Assembly (NCBI GenBank): GCA_963765675.1
Contig: CAVXXK010000001.1
Location: 1,984,001-2,048,000 of the forward strand
Direction of reading: 5' to 3'
Source: an uncultured delta proteobacterium
GTDB lineage: Bacteria; Desulfobacterota; Binatia; Binatales; Binataceae
Length of the DNA: 64,000 bases
This document shows positions 48,815 to 59,267 of this stretch, piece by piece (the first letter of the stretch is position 1; each line of letters opens with the position of its first letter). The translations under genes and the position numbers were made by a program. Under the pieces are notes generated by a model. That model did no database searches, was not told the origin of the DNA, and worked only from the letters and a program-made list of their open reading frames with translations.

Positions 48815-49402
48815 CTACAAATCGACCGCGTTGCTGTCGGGCTTCGGCAGGCTCTTGCCGTGCTTCGCGCCGTCCATCAATGCGCGTGCGCTCTGGGTCA
48901 ATTCGCCGGCGTGGCCCGCGCCCATCACGCGCGAGACCAGGCGGCCGTCGCGTCCGATGAACAGCGTGGTCGGGATAGCCTCGACGCCAAGCGCGTCAAT
49001 CACGGCGTCATCGGCAACCAGAATCGGATAGTTGATCTTGAACTCCTCGACGAACGGCGCCACCGCGCGAATCCCGTCGCCCTGGATGGTGTCGCAGGCG
49101 ACGCCGATGACCTCGAGCCCGCGCGATTTATGGTAGCGTGAGTAAATGCTCTTGAGCTCCGGAATCTCGCGGCGGCACGGGCCGCACCAAGTCGCCCAGA
49201 AATCGACGATCACCGGATGCCCGCGGAACTGGCTGAGCTTCATGGACGTTCCGTCGAGCGTGCGCAGTTGAAAATCGAGGGGCGCGCCGTCGGCCTCGGC
49301 CGCGGATGCGAGCGTCTGCGTGACGATGAGCATCGCCACGGCAAGCGCAAGCGTCAGCACGCCACGCACGAAGCCTCCTCCACGTCCGTTCGATCGTTTC
49401 AT
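48815..49402 (-). CDS. TlpA family thiol-disulfide reductase
   Basis: DFWATWCGPCRREIP; N-terminal signal/anchor. Confidence 0.92.
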   Translation of the reverse strand: MKRSNGRGGGFVRGVLTLALAVAMLIVTQTLASAAEADGAPLDFQLRTLDGTSMKLSQFRGHPVIVDFWATWCGPCRREIPELKSIYSRYHKSRGLEVIGVACDTIQGDGIRAVAPFVEEFKINYPILVADDAVIDALGVEAIPTTLFIGRDGRLVSRVMGAGHAGELTQSARALMDGAKHGKSLPKPDSNAVDL

Positions 49403-49451
49403 ACTTGTTTGGTCACCGCGGCGAGATCCAATCCAGACGGGCTGGGAATCT

Positions 49452-50648
49452 TCATATAATACTCTTTCGTTTGAGTTCGGACAGGCGCGATTTGTCCCCG
49501 CCGAGCAAGTCTTGCAGAACCGTTTCGGTGTCCGCGCCAAGTTCGGGCGCGCGGGTATTGGGCGCGGACTGCGAACCGGCGATTTTCAGCGGCGAGCCGG
49601 GAACGATCAGTCCGTCGAAGCCGGGATGATCCGCGTGCAGAATCATCGCGCGCGCTTCCAGGTGCGGATTGCGGGTGACTTCCTCGACATTGGCGATCGG
49701 TGCGCACGGGACGCTGGCGGCGCTGAGCGCGGCGAGCCAGTGAGCACGCGGCGCGGTTGCGAACTTGCGCGCGAGAATCGCCTCGAGCTCGGGATGGTTC
49801 GCAGTACGATCACGATTCGCAATAAAATGCGGATGCTCTTTCAGCTCCGGCATCCCGATTGCGTCGCACATCCGCTGCCAAATTGCTTCATTGCCCGCCC
49901 CCGCGACAAAAAATCCATCGGAGGCGCGGAACTGTTGAAACGGTGTGATCGACGGATGGCGTGTGCCGAGCGGCCCCGGAACCTTGTGCGATACCGAGTA
50001 ACGCGCGAGCGCGTCCTCGAGCATCGCGACCTGGCAATCGAGCATCGCGATATCCAGATGCTGCGCGCCGCCGTCGCGATCGCGCACGCGCAAGGCCGCC
50101 AGGATCGCAATAACTCCGTAAAGCGCCGCCGACAGATCGCCTACCGAGACTCCGCATCGCGTCGGCTCGCCGTCCGGCGCTCCGGTGATACTCATGGTGC
50201 CGCCCAGAGCCTGCGCGACGATATCGTAAGCGGGAGCCGACGCCATCGGCCCGGTCTGGCCGAAACCCGAGATAGAGCACAGGATGACGCGCGGATTCGC
50301 CGCCTTCAGATGAGCAAAATCGATCCCGAATCTTTCGAGCGTGCCGGGCGCGAAGTTCTCGACCACGACGTCGCACTTCGTCGCGAGCTCGAGAAACAGC
50401 GCCGCGCCCTCCGCCGTGCGCAAGTCGATCGTCACGCTCTTCTTGCCGCGGTTGACGCTGTAGTAATAGCCCGAGTCGCCCGTCGGCAGGGTCGGCGCGA
50501 ACTGGCGCGAGTCGTCTCCGCGGCCGGGTAACTCGATCTTGATTACTTCCGCGCCGAGATCCGCCAGGTTCATCGTGCAAAACGGTCCCGCGAGTACGCG
50601 AGTGAGATCGAGCACGCGCACGCCGTCGAGTGGACGTTTTGCAATCAT
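49452..50648 (-). CDS. Class III CoA-transferase
   Basis: DLTRVLAGP, ENFAPG, GVSVGDLSA. Confidence 0.93.
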   Translation of the reverse strand: MIAKRPLDGVRVLDLTRVLAGPFCTMNLADLGAEVIKIELPGRGDDSRQFAPTLPTGDSGYYYSVNRGKKSVTIDLRTAEGAALFLELATKCDVVVENFAPGTLERFGIDFAHLKAANPRVILCSISGFGQTGPMASAPAYDIVAQALGGTMSITGAPDGEPTRCGVSVGDLSAALYGVIAILAALRVRDRDGGAQHLDIAMLDCQVAMLEDALARYSVSHKVPGPLGTRHPSITPFQQFRASDGFFVAGAGNEAIWQRMCDAIGMPELKEHPHFIANRDRTANHPELEAILARKFATAPRAHWLAALSAASVPCAPIANVEEVTRNPHLEARAMILHADHPGFDGLIVPGSPLKIAGSQSAPNTRAPELGADTETVLQDLLGGDKSRLSELKRKSII

Positions 50649-50866
50649 CGCGGGAACCTCGCCGATGCGGATGAATACCGTCCCAAGGCGTTCAAAACGG
50701 ACTTCGTTTCAGTTGTCAAAATGAGAGAACCTCTGAAATCAAATATTTGACGGCTTCGTTTCGCCGATCGTAGCGGAAAAGGCTTCACCGCATAAGCCTG
50801 GCTACGATTTTTGCCAAGCGCAGCCTGATCGGAACGCACTCGATTCTATGGCACGATTAACCCCGT

Positions 50867-51337
50867 ATGAAGACTCGCGGTTCTTCGCGCGTTGCGGTGC
50901 GACGCGCGCGAGAAAAAGATATCCCTTCGATCGTCGCACTTTATCGCGAGTTGCATCCGGATAACTACGCGAGCCTCGAGGTGGCGCCGGCGCGGATGCG
51001 CGCGGCATTTCGGCGGCTGTCGCGTGATCGCAATCATCGCATCCTGGTGGCGGAGAGCGCAGGCAGAATTCTCGGCACCATACATCTGATCGTGCTGCCG
51101 CATCTTGGTCATGGGCTCAAGCCGTTCGCGATCGTCGAGAATGTCGTGGTCGCGACCGACGCGCGCTCGCTCGGAGTTGGAGAGGCGATGATGCAGGCGG
51201 CTTCCGCGCTGGCAATCAGCCTTGGATGCTATAAGCTGGCGCTTACGACCAACATGCGGCGGCTGCGTGCGCATCGTTTCTACGAGCGGCTCGGATGGCG
51301 CCGTACGCACTACGGATATTCGCTCGGAGTCGAGTAG
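50867..51337 (+). CDS. GNAT family N-acetyltransferase
   Basis: VENVVVATDARSLGVG, AHRFYERLG. Confidence 0.9.
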   Translation: MKTRGSSRVAVRRAREKDIPSIVALYRELHPDNYASLEVAPARMRAAFRRLSRDRNHRILVAESAGRILGTIHLIVLPHLGHGLKPFAIVENVVVATDARSLGVGEAMMQAASALAISLGCYKLALTTNMRRLRAHRFYERLGWRRTHYGYSLGVE

Positions 51338-51340
51338 GAG

Positions 51341-52549
51341 TCAGCGGCGACGGCGCGCGGCGTCGCTCGCGCGCATCGCTTCGGCGGGAGTTACGATCAG
51401 CCGGGGTTCCTGCTGCGCGTGCTGCTGCTCTTCGGCGACTATCGCGCCGAGCTGGGTTCGCACCATGCTCTGAAAGAACAGGCTGCGCTTCAGGTCGGAT
51501 TCGCTTTGGATCTGTTTCGCGGCTGCGGCCGCCCATGCTGCCGGCTCGCGGCGGCCGCTATGCAGCATGTAGTAGGCGAGGTCCTCGAATCGGCGGCGTG
51601 CGCGGATTCCGGGTTCGCCGGAAAACAGCTCGCCGACCGCACGCTCGACGATGATGTTGATTCGCTCGCGCTGCTGAATCTCGTTGAGCACGATCACGCT
51701 TTCGTTCGCGCGGCCAAGCTCCTCGACGTACGGACCGATCTCGGCGGGAGTCAGCCGCCATTCGAGCAACTCAGGCTCCTCGAGCAGATCGAGCGCCGGC
51801 TCGGACGGGATATCGGCGCCGAGCTCATCGTAAATTGGATGCGCCAGATGAGTCGGCACGGGCGCGGCGATAATCTCGGTGCGCAAGGCGAGGAAATTAC
51901 CGACCCGCGCGCGGCGCGCCTCGGGAGTGCGGCGGTATGCCTCGCACAAAATGAAATCCGCAAGCCGAGGGTCGCCTTCGATCATTCGCATCCCGGCGCG
52001 GCTTTCGAGCTCCTCGCGTTCCGATTTGAGTTCCTTGCGCGAGAGACCGGCCGCGATCGCTCCGACCAATCCGTCGGATTCCGAAACGAGGCCCCACAGG
52101 CGCGTCACGCCGCCCTGCATGCGCGGTTTCGTGATCCAGATAATGCGCGCGCCCTCGCCGTCGATCGGAGAGAACAGCGCCGTGAGCCGATCGGAAGCAG
52201 GGGAGTGCGCGGCATGCTCGATTGAAGTCGCGGTCACGGGCGCGTCGATTCCGCGTTGCCTGAGCTTGAAGAGCGCGCGGCGAATTTCACGCCGGAGCAC
52301 GCCCGTAGCGGAGGTCTCCATCCCGGCGAGAATCGCGGCGGCAGCGGGGTCGGCGATATTCCCGAGCCCACGCGCGAACGCTACCTCACCGACGCTCGCG
52401 CGAATCTCGGCGAGCTTCTTCAGCGCGTCGGTGGCGGGCGCATGAGCGTCGAAGCCGGCGGCGGCGAGCTTTGCGTCGTCGGGATCGACGGACTTGTGCG
52501 GTTTGATTGTCTTCTCGTGGGCCACTGCCGTGATAAAAACTCTTCCCAA
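51341..52549 (-). CDS. Hypothetical helical protein (start uncertain)
   Basis: Long ORF with protein-like composition; RREIRRALFKLRQRG, SPIDGEGARIIW. Confidence 0.7.
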   Translation of the reverse strand: MGRVFITAVAHEKTIKPHKSVDPDDAKLAAAGFDAHAPATDALKKLAEIRASVGEVAFARGLGNIADPAAAAILAGMETSATGVLRREIRRALFKLRQRGIDAPVTATSIEHAAHSPASDRLTALFSPIDGEGARIIWITKPRMQGGVTRLWGLVSESDGLVGAIAAGLSRKELKSEREELESRAGMRMIEGDPRLADFILCEAYRRTPEARRARVGNFLALRTEIIAAPVPTHLAHPIYDELGADIPSEPALDLLEEPELLEWRLTPAEIGPYVEELGRANESVIVLNEIQQRERINIIVERAVGELFSGEPGIRARRRFEDLAYYMLHSGRREPAAWAAAAAKQIQSESDLKRSLFFQSMVRTQLGAIVAEEQQHAQQEPRLIVTPAEAMRASDAARRRR

Positions 52550-52637
52550 GTCGAGCGAGCGTACGCGGGGTTTTCAATCGATGTCAAGTTCGGATCTTTT
52601 CCACGCGCGCGTGAATTCGCATAATCTTCCAACCCTG

Positions 52638-53171
52638 ATGCGAAACCTGGAAGCGAAATTTCCGCTGCGTGATCACGCCAGCGCCCGTGCGAGCGCCGAA
52701 GCAATTGGATATACCGAGCGCGCAATCCTCCGCCAGCGCGACACGTTTTTCCGCGTCGCGCGGGGCAAACTCAAGTTGCGCGAAGGCGCGGAAGAGGCCC
52801 CTGGCGCGCTGATCTACTATGGACGCGAATCGAGCGGCGAGCTCCAGCTGAGCCGCTACGAAATTGTGCCGGTGTCCGATCCGGTCGCGATGCGCACGAT
52901 GCTTGCGGCGGCGCTTGGAGTTCTGGCGGAGGTGCGTAAGGAGCGAACCCTGCTGATGCGCGCGAACGTGCGGCTGCATCTCGATCGCGTCGAGGACCTT
53001 GGAAATTTCGGCGAAATCGAAGCGGTTATCGCCGAGGGCGACGATCCCGAAAGCAGCCGCGCCGCAGTGGACGAGTTGCTCACCGCACTTGGCATTGGCC
53101 GCGGAGATCTGATCGGCGTCTCATACTTCGAGATGATAGCCGCGCGCCAAAATGCGCCTGTGCGCGGCTAA
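52638..53171 (+). CDS. cyaB: Class IV adenylate cyclase / CYTH protein
   Basis: NLEAK (ExExK variant), QRDTFF, KLKLRE, VRKER, HLDRVEDLGNFGEIE, SY. Confidence 0.85.
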   Translation: MRNLEAKFPLRDHASARASAEAIGYTERAILRQRDTFFRVARGKLKLREGAEEAPGALIYYGRESSGELQLSRYEIVPVSDPVAMRTMLAAALGVLAEVRKERTLLMRANVRLHLDRVEDLGNFGEIEAVIAEGDDPESSRAAVDELLTALGIGRGDLIGVSYFEMIAARQNAPVRG

Positions 53172-55006
53172 GCCCCGCCGCCGTAGTAATCGTCGAACAT
53201 CCGGCTGCTCGTCCTTTCCACCTGCGGATCGGATAGTCCCCGGTTGCCCGCCGCTTGCAATGCCGATGCGAATGCCAGCAGATTCGCGCGGCACCTCGCC
53301 TCGCGCGCCCCATCGATATATCCGATCGGATCGTCGTCGCTCATGAAGCTGCCCATCTCGGCAAATCCGCGCGCCGAAAGGCGCAGTTGGCGGGCCAGAT
53401 CGGGCGAGCGCGATTCGAACGCATAGGCCATCACAAGAGTCACAGCCTGCATGCGCCCGGCGTGAAACCTTTGCACATCCATCACCGCGCGCCGCTTCGC
53501 GAGCACGTCACGAGAGACAAGCATCCGCGCGAGATCGCCAATTGGCGGCATCGCGTTATTGATCATGTTAGTGGCCAGCCAGCGCGCATTCTCCTGCAGC
53601 GTCTGCGAGACCATCGGTTCGATCTCCGCTGGATCGGCAGGATGGACGAGCGTGACCACCGCGGTATCGTCGGTGCCGCCCCACACACGCAACAGACCCT
53701 GCTTGCTCAGCGATTCGAGAACAGGATCGTCGGGCGCCAGCGGCATCACATACGCCTTGACGCTCGCCGACAGAAGCTCGGCGGGATCGTGCAACGGCTG
53801 CACCTCGACCCAATGGCCGCGTTCAAGCACCACCGGCGTGAAGACTGCGATCGCCGGTCCGAAGGAGGGCTGGTAAAGTTGAAGCAAATGGTCATTGAGA
53901 TGATTGCGCGCGATCACGTTGGCGATTGCGCGCGCGCGATTCCAATTGAGCGCGCGCGGGAAGTGCGTACCCGCGGCCCATCCCGCTTCCGCGAAAATGC
54001 TCGCGGGCTCCAGTGGGATCAGCGTAGCGATCGCCACCAGAGCGATCGCGAACGCGCGGCGTGCGGCGGGAACTGAAATTGAGCGGGTTGCCCAGGCAAG
54101 AAACAGTCCGCCGAGCACCGAACCGGCCAGGGTTGATTGTGCGGCGAAGCGGGCCGGATCCTGCAACAGCCACGCGATCGGCGCGAGCGTCCAGGCGAAG
54201 AGAAATCGATGCCGCATTGGATGGCGCAGAAACGCGATGATGCCGGCTATCGCGAGGAGATCGATCATCAGATCGAAGTGCACCGCCTCGTGTCCGTGCC
54301 TGCCGCGATACCACGCGAGATTGGCGATGAAGTGAATCGAGTAGGGTGCGGTCAGAAGCGCGGTGGCGACGGCGACAATCAGAAGCGAGCGCCATCGCCG
54401 CTCGATTACTGCCGCGATCGTGATTCCGGCCGGCGCGCTCAGAAAGCCACCGAGATGCGTGTAACACGCGAGCACCGTCACCGCGGTCGCGGCGACGAGC
54501 CGGTCTTCGAGAAAAAAGTAGATCGCCCACGGAATCGAGATAAACAGCCATCCCGAAGGAATTCCGATATAGAAGGAGCCGGCGGCGAACGCGCTGCCCG
54601 CGAGCATCGCGACCGCGAACATCGCCGCCATGTCGCCGCCAAGCCTGCGCGCGAAATACAGAACCGTCAGCATCGCGGCGCTCCACTGCGCGATGCCCAG
54701 GATCGCGTTGGCCAGGATAAAGCGGTCGGGTGTGCCGCCGAGCAATTTGCCCAGGAGTGCGATCGCGATATGCAGTGCGGGCCCTTGCAGGTTCGGACGT
54801 CCGCCGGGTCCGAAGTTTATGTGATCCCACCACGCCTGGCCGTGCGCCGCGTACCATTCGGCAAGCGAGATGTGGTAGCCGGAGTCGATGCTGACGCGGT
54901 AGTCGGGCAACGAGATCGCAAGCAGCATTGCGTTGATGCCGAGGATCGACCAGGTCGCGATTCGCGCGGCGCGATTGCGATCACCTTCGAGTACCGGTTC
55001 GAGCAT
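53168..55006 (-). CDS. Multi-pass membrane protein, possible GT-C glycosyltransferase
   Basis: Many TM helices; DSGYH in the loop after TM1; soluble C-terminal domain. Confidence 0.6.
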   Translation of the reverse strand: MLEPVLEGDRNRAARIATWSILGINAMLLAISLPDYRVSIDSGYHISLAEWYAAHGQAWWDHINFGPGGRPNLQGPALHIAIALLGKLLGGTPDRFILANAILGIAQWSAAMLTVLYFARRLGGDMAAMFAVAMLAGSAFAAGSFYIGIPSGWLFISIPWAIYFFLEDRLVAATAVTVLACYTHLGGFLSAPAGITIAAVIERRWRSLLIVAVATALLTAPYSIHFIANLAWYRGRHGHEAVHFDLMIDLLAIAGIIAFLRHPMRHRFLFAWTLAPIAWLLQDPARFAAQSTLAGSVLGGLFLAWATRSISVPAARRAFAIALVAIATLIPLEPASIFAEAGWAAGTHFPRALNWNRARAIANVIARNHLNDHLLQLYQPSFGPAIAVFTPVVLERGHWVEVQPLHDPAELLSASVKAYVMPLAPDDPVLESLSKQGLLRVWGGTDDTAVVTLVHPADPAEIEPMVSQTLQENARWLATNMINNAMPPIGDLARMLVSRDVLAKRRAVMDVQRFHAGRMQAVTLVMAYAFESRSPDLARQLRLSARGFAEMGSFMSDDDPIGYIDGAREARCRANLLAFASALQAAGNRGLSDPQVERTSSRMFDDYYGGGA

Positions 55007-55078
55007 CGCGCGTTATCGTAACTAACGCGTCGGCGCGGGGGAACGCAGCCGTGGCTCTGCGCTCTTCACGCGATGCTT

Positions 55079-56110
55079 TCAAATTTTCGCGGTGAAAATT
55101 GCGGCCGCGCCGGTCCCGTCGAGATAGGAATCGACGAACGCGCGGTCGCTCGGCGACAACGCGGCGCGCCCCTCGCGCAGCCATTTGAGGCACTTGGCCT
55201 GGTACGGGAACGGCTGCTGCGTCCACGGGCGTCCGTCGATTTCGCATTCGACCCGAGTGGCTCGCGATTCGATCGCGCGCGCGTTCGCGACGAGGAACGG
55301 CGCGTACACGCGGCCAATCTCGATGAAGAACGCGCGCAGTGTCGGCGCGAGCGCCTGGCGCGAGGGCCAATCTGTGGGCTCGAGCGCCGATAGATCGTCC
55401 ACGTGCGAGACCCACGAAATGACGCGGGGCGCTTCGCGCGCCGTAAGCGCGGCTGGGGTCGGATCGAAATGCGCGAGCTGGCTCAGCTGTCCGAAGATTC
55501 CGAAAGTCGCCAACGCCAGGCCGCGAACCCATCAGGAAATAGTTGCCCGCCTTCAGATGCTCGTCGAGCAGATGAATGAAGCGGCGGTAACTGTCCTCGA
55601 TCACCGGCGTCGTGACGTCGTTGGAGCCGACCACGCCGAGGCGCGCGATTTGCCGCTCGGCGATATAGGTCGAGGCCTTCTTCACGCGCGCGTCATCCAG
55701 ATGCAGGTCGCGGTCGAGCGCGAGGACGTGCGAGGCCTTGTGGATATCGGCGTCGTACTTCCATCGGTAGTGAAACATCGGCTTGGTCAGCCATTCGTCG
55801 CCGTAGTCCTCGAGCATCTCTTGCAGGAACGCGAGCGCCGGGTCGGGCGGTACCAGCGAGCGCTCGGCGAACATTTTTTCGAGGCGCTTGATCTGGAAAG
55901 TCGAATCGATCATCGCCTCGTCGGGCGCAGCCGTTTTGACCCGGGAAAACCAGCACCGGAATCAAGGCGACCGGAACCGGCGGAATTCTCGAGATCGGCG
56001 GCCGAGCCGCGCATGATCCATCGAAATTCGATTCGCCGATAGCGCAGCACCGCGCGCATCTTGCGCGAATACGGCGATCCGTAGCCGCCCACCAGTTTCA
56101 ATGGAAGCAT
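55079..56110 (-). pseudogene. Glutathione S-transferase family protein with three +1 frameshifts (pseudogene or sequencing error)
   Basis: [14 protein letters not shown] / [12 protein letters not shown] / MIDSTFQI...EDYGDEWL..MFHYRW / GIFGQLSQL...PYQAKCL occur in successive frames. Confidence 0.8.
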
Positions 56111-56122
56111 CGCAAAGGCCTC

Positions 56123-57700
56123 CTACGCGGGCGCCTCGACCGGAAGCTGTGGATCCCGCGGCTTCGGCAGATGATCATAAAGGTCGGCGATCAGGTTGGA
56201 TTTCATCTTCTCGTAGCCCGCGTCGTTCCACAGATTTCGCCACTGATTCGGATCATCCTTCAGATTGTAGAGCTCGCCCTCGGTGCCGTCGTAGCGGATG
56301 TCGAGAATCGCCTGCGTACCGCGGAGCATCGCGGGTACTTGGTCGACGTCGTAGCCAACATCGCGCGTGGACTTTTCGTACACGGTGCAGACCCATCCGT
56401 CGCGATAGATCGTCCGCAGATGCATCCCGAGCTGCTTGAACTGACTGTCCCATTCGGTGATGACGCGCTCGCGGCCCGAGCCGGATGCGGTCGGAAGCGG
56501 TTTGCCCTCGATCCAATCCGGAATTGGAGCGCCCGCGATTTTGCAGAACGTAGGCGCCAGATCGAGCTGGCCGACCGGTTCGCTGATTTGCGCGGGCGCG
56601 ATTTTGGCCGACGGAGCCGGCCGCCAGATCATCGGCAGATGCATCAGCGCGTCTACGTGGTACGGGCCTTTGTATAGCAGGCCGAAATCGCCCTGCAGCT
56701 CGCCATGATCGGTGGTGAAAATAACGTCGGTGTCGGCGTCCCATCCGCGCTCTGCTATTCGCGCCATCACGCGGCCAACGGCCTGGTCGATAAGCTCGTT
56801 CTCGACGTGAGTCATCGCGTTGACTTCGCGCACCTGGTCGGGCGTCATCCGCGCAGGCACAAAGCTCATTGGTCCGCCTTCGGGATTGCTGAACCGGCCT
56901 TCGTACCAGTCGAGCCAGTGGCGCGGTTTCTGCGCGAGGATCTTTTCCGCCTGCTCGCGCGAGCGCGGATAACCGGCGGGCAAATCGAGATCGCGCCAGT
57001 TGATGCGGCGCGCTTCTTTCTCCGGCGGATCCCACGGATGATGCGGGTCGGGAAAACTCATCCACACGAACCAGTCCTCATTCGAATCGAGCGAATTGAG
57101 AAACGCGAGCGTGCGCTCAGCGACCCAGTCGGTATGATAGTGCTCGCGCGGAATCGGATTGTACTTGACCTCGGGAGCGCCGGTATCGCCGCCGGCCTGC
57201 GCGGTCAGGAGCGGAGCGAAGCCGCCGATATCCTCCGGATGCTTCTGCTGCAGCCACAGCGAGTAATGCCATCCGCCGACAGGCCCGTGCATCGCGAGCT
57301 CCATCCGCTCGAAGCCGCGATACGGACCGGTCGAACCCTTGCGCGCCATCGCGTTCTCGAACCACCGCCCTTGAATGTCGAAGGCGGGCTCGAAATGCGC
57401 CTTGCCGAGCAGCGCGGTGCGGTATCCCGCCTTTTCATGAAGCCATGCGGCAGCGTTTGGAGCGTCGGCCGGCAGTGCGATGCCATTGGCGAAGACGCCG
57501 TGGGTGCGCACGTACTGGCCCGTGAGCATCGTTGCGCGCGCCGGCATGCAGACCACGTTCTGGTTGTGCGCGCGGCGGTAGTTGATGCCGGTGGCAGCGA
57601 GGCGATCGATGTTCGGAGTCTGCGCGATCTTGCCGCCGTTGCATCCGAGCGAGTCGTAGCGCTGCTGATCGGTAGTGATGAAGAGAATCTTGCGTCCCAT
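56123..57700 (-). CDS. Sulfatase
   Basis: ILFITTDQQR, CMPAR (CxPxR), GKAH, SFPDPHHP, TTDHGE. Confidence 0.93.
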   Translation of the reverse strand: MGRKILFITTDQQRYDSLGCNGGKIAQTPNIDRLAATGINYRRAHNQNVVCMPARATMLTGQYVRTHGVFANGIALPADAPNAAAWLHEKAGYRTALLGKAHFEPAFDIQGRWFENAMARKGSTGPYRGFERMELAMHGPVGGWHYSLWLQQKHPEDIGGFAPLLTAQAGGDTGAPEVKYNPIPREHYHTDWVAERTLAFLNSLDSNEDWFVWMSFPDPHHPWDPPEKEARRINWRDLDLPAGYPRSREQAEKILAQKPRHWLDWYEGRFSNPEGGPMSFVPARMTPDQVREVNAMTHVENELIDQAVGRVMARIAERGWDADTDVIFTTDHGELQGDFGLLYKGPYHVDALMHLPMIWRPAPSAKIAPAQISEPVGQLDLAPTFCKIAGAPIPDWIEGKPLPTASGSGRERVITEWDSQFKQLGMHLRTIYRDGWVCTVYEKSTRDVGYDVDQVPAMLRGTQAILDIRYDGTEGELYNLKDDPNQWRNLWNDAGYEKMKSNLIADLYDHLPKPRDPQLPVEAPA

Positions 57701-57736
57701 CTTTTTTACCTTGCGGTCAATTCTTAAAGCGTTGGA

Positions 57737-58342
57737 TTAGGTTCTATCGCGAAGAATAGCGGCGATCGCGTGTGCGATAGCCTTGCGCGCCTGCGCCGGA
57801 TTCAAGCCCTGCTGCGCGCGCATCACTTCCCAGGTTTCCCAGGCGCTAATCGCCTCGAGCGCCGCGAGCAAGTCGCGTCGGTCGGCGGAAGCAAGCGCGC
57901 CGAGTTCGCTCCGAAACACCAGCCGAACTTCGTTGCGCAGGATCGCGCGCGCAGCGCCCAGCCGCTCGGCGATCACGGGTGAGAACGGCTCGAGCCGAAT
58001 CGACGCTCGCCGGACCGGCGAGACCGTCTCATGGAGCTCGGTGCGAATTCGCACGAACTCTGCGATACGGCGGTCAAGGGCGAGAGAGGGCGGAACCGAT
58101 CGGAGTAGAGGACGTAGGCGCTCAAATTGCAAATCGGCGGCGTCGGCGAGAATCGCTTCCATATCGCCAAAGTGATGAAAAACCAGCCGCAGCGAAACGC
58201 CGGCGCGCGCGGCGATCTGCGCGGCGGTCGGCTTGACAACGCCGTCGTTGAGCAGATCGAGCATCGCGGCTGCGACCGCGGTGCGAGCGCGATGCCCGCG
58301 CGCAGCGCGGCCGTCGGCGGGAACGATCTGCAAATTTGTCAT
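57737..58342 (-). CDS. TetR family regulator
   Basis: DGRAARGHRAR, PTAAQIAARAGVSLRLVFHHF. Confidence 0.92.
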   Translation of the reverse strand: MTNLQIVPADGRAARGHRARTAVAAAMLDLLNDGVVKPTAAQIAARAGVSLRLVFHHFGDMEAILADAADLQFERLRPLLRSVPPSLALDRRIAEFVRIRTELHETVSPVRRASIRLEPFSPVIAERLGAARAILRNEVRLVFRSELGALASADRRDLLAALEAISAWETWEVMRAQQGLNPAQARKAIAHAIAAILRDRT

Positions 58343-58354
58343 GCTGGATAATTA

Positions 58355-58371
58355 TTACATTGGGAGTGCAA
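58355..58371. promoter_or_regulatory. Possible TetR operator
   Basis: TTACATT-GGG-AGTGCAA imperfect palindrome directly upstream of tetR. Confidence 0.4.
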
Positions 58372-58477
58372 ATACAAGGAGCTCGTTTCTCCGGACGCCG
58401 TTCCTCGCGCGCGGCAGCCACTCGCGGGAATGACGGGCAAGCATCAATTCGAATCGACGCTATCGCGCGAGGCGCGT

Positions 58478-59077
58478 TTACGCTTCGAGGATCGCGAGCA
58501 GATCGAGCGTGATCCGGAGCGTGAGTCCCCAGATGGTTTGTCCGCCGTAAAGGATCGCGGGAAATTTTGAAACGTGCGCGCCGTTGCCGTCACGGCTCCA
58601 TTCGTAGTCGCCGCGAAAGCGCGGATCGCGCAGCGCGCTCAGCGGCACCTCGAAGATCTCCGCAACTTCGTCGGGACTCGGCCGCATCGGAGTAGTCGCT
58701 GCGATCACGCCCGCGAACGGCGCGACGATGATTCCGCTCGTGAGAGTGCTCTCGACCGGGAACGCGCCGAGCACGTCGACCGCGTGGGGCGGGATCGCGA
58801 CTTCCTCATGGGCTTCGCGCAGCGCGGTATTCAGCAGAGTCGCGTCGCCAGGATCGACCCGGCCGCCAGGAAAGGCGACCTGTCCGCGATGACTCTCGAC
58901 GTGATCGGAACGGCGAATGTACACGACGCGCAACTCGCCCGCGCGCTCGAGGATTGGAATCAGAACGGCGGCGCCTTTGCGATTGTTCGCGAGCAGATCG
59001 CGCGGAGGAGGTTTGGTCTTGGAAAGATGCGAGCGCAGCCGCTCGACGTTGCCCGTGAAATCGAGTGCGGCGTTCAT
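58478..59077 (-). CDS. Nudix CoA pyrophosphatase (NudL-like)
   Basis: AAVLIP, HRGQVAFPGG...ALREAHEE, IWGLT. Confidence 0.92.
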   Translation of the reverse strand: MNAALDFTGNVERLRSHLSKTKPPPRDLLANNRKGAAVLIPILERAGELRVVYIRRSDHVESHRGQVAFPGGRVDPGDATLLNTALREAHEEVAIPPHAVDVLGAFPVESTLTSGIIVAPFAGVIAATTPMRPSPDEVAEIFEVPLSALRDPRFRGDYEWSRDGNGAHVSKFPAILYGGQTIWGLTLRITLDLLAILEA

Positions 59078-59267
59078 GCGAATGATCCTGCCGTGAGATT
59101 TGCGAATTCGGCAACCGCAAGGTTTGCGTTCGATGGTTCCATCGCATCAGATAATCCTGTGGCGGCGGTGCGCTTGCAAGGCTTGGGCGTTTGGTTCGAC
59201 GCTGGAGCGCAGCTAAGCTCCGATGCGCGGCGCCTTCGGATTGGGGGCAGCGCGTGCGGATTTTGCG

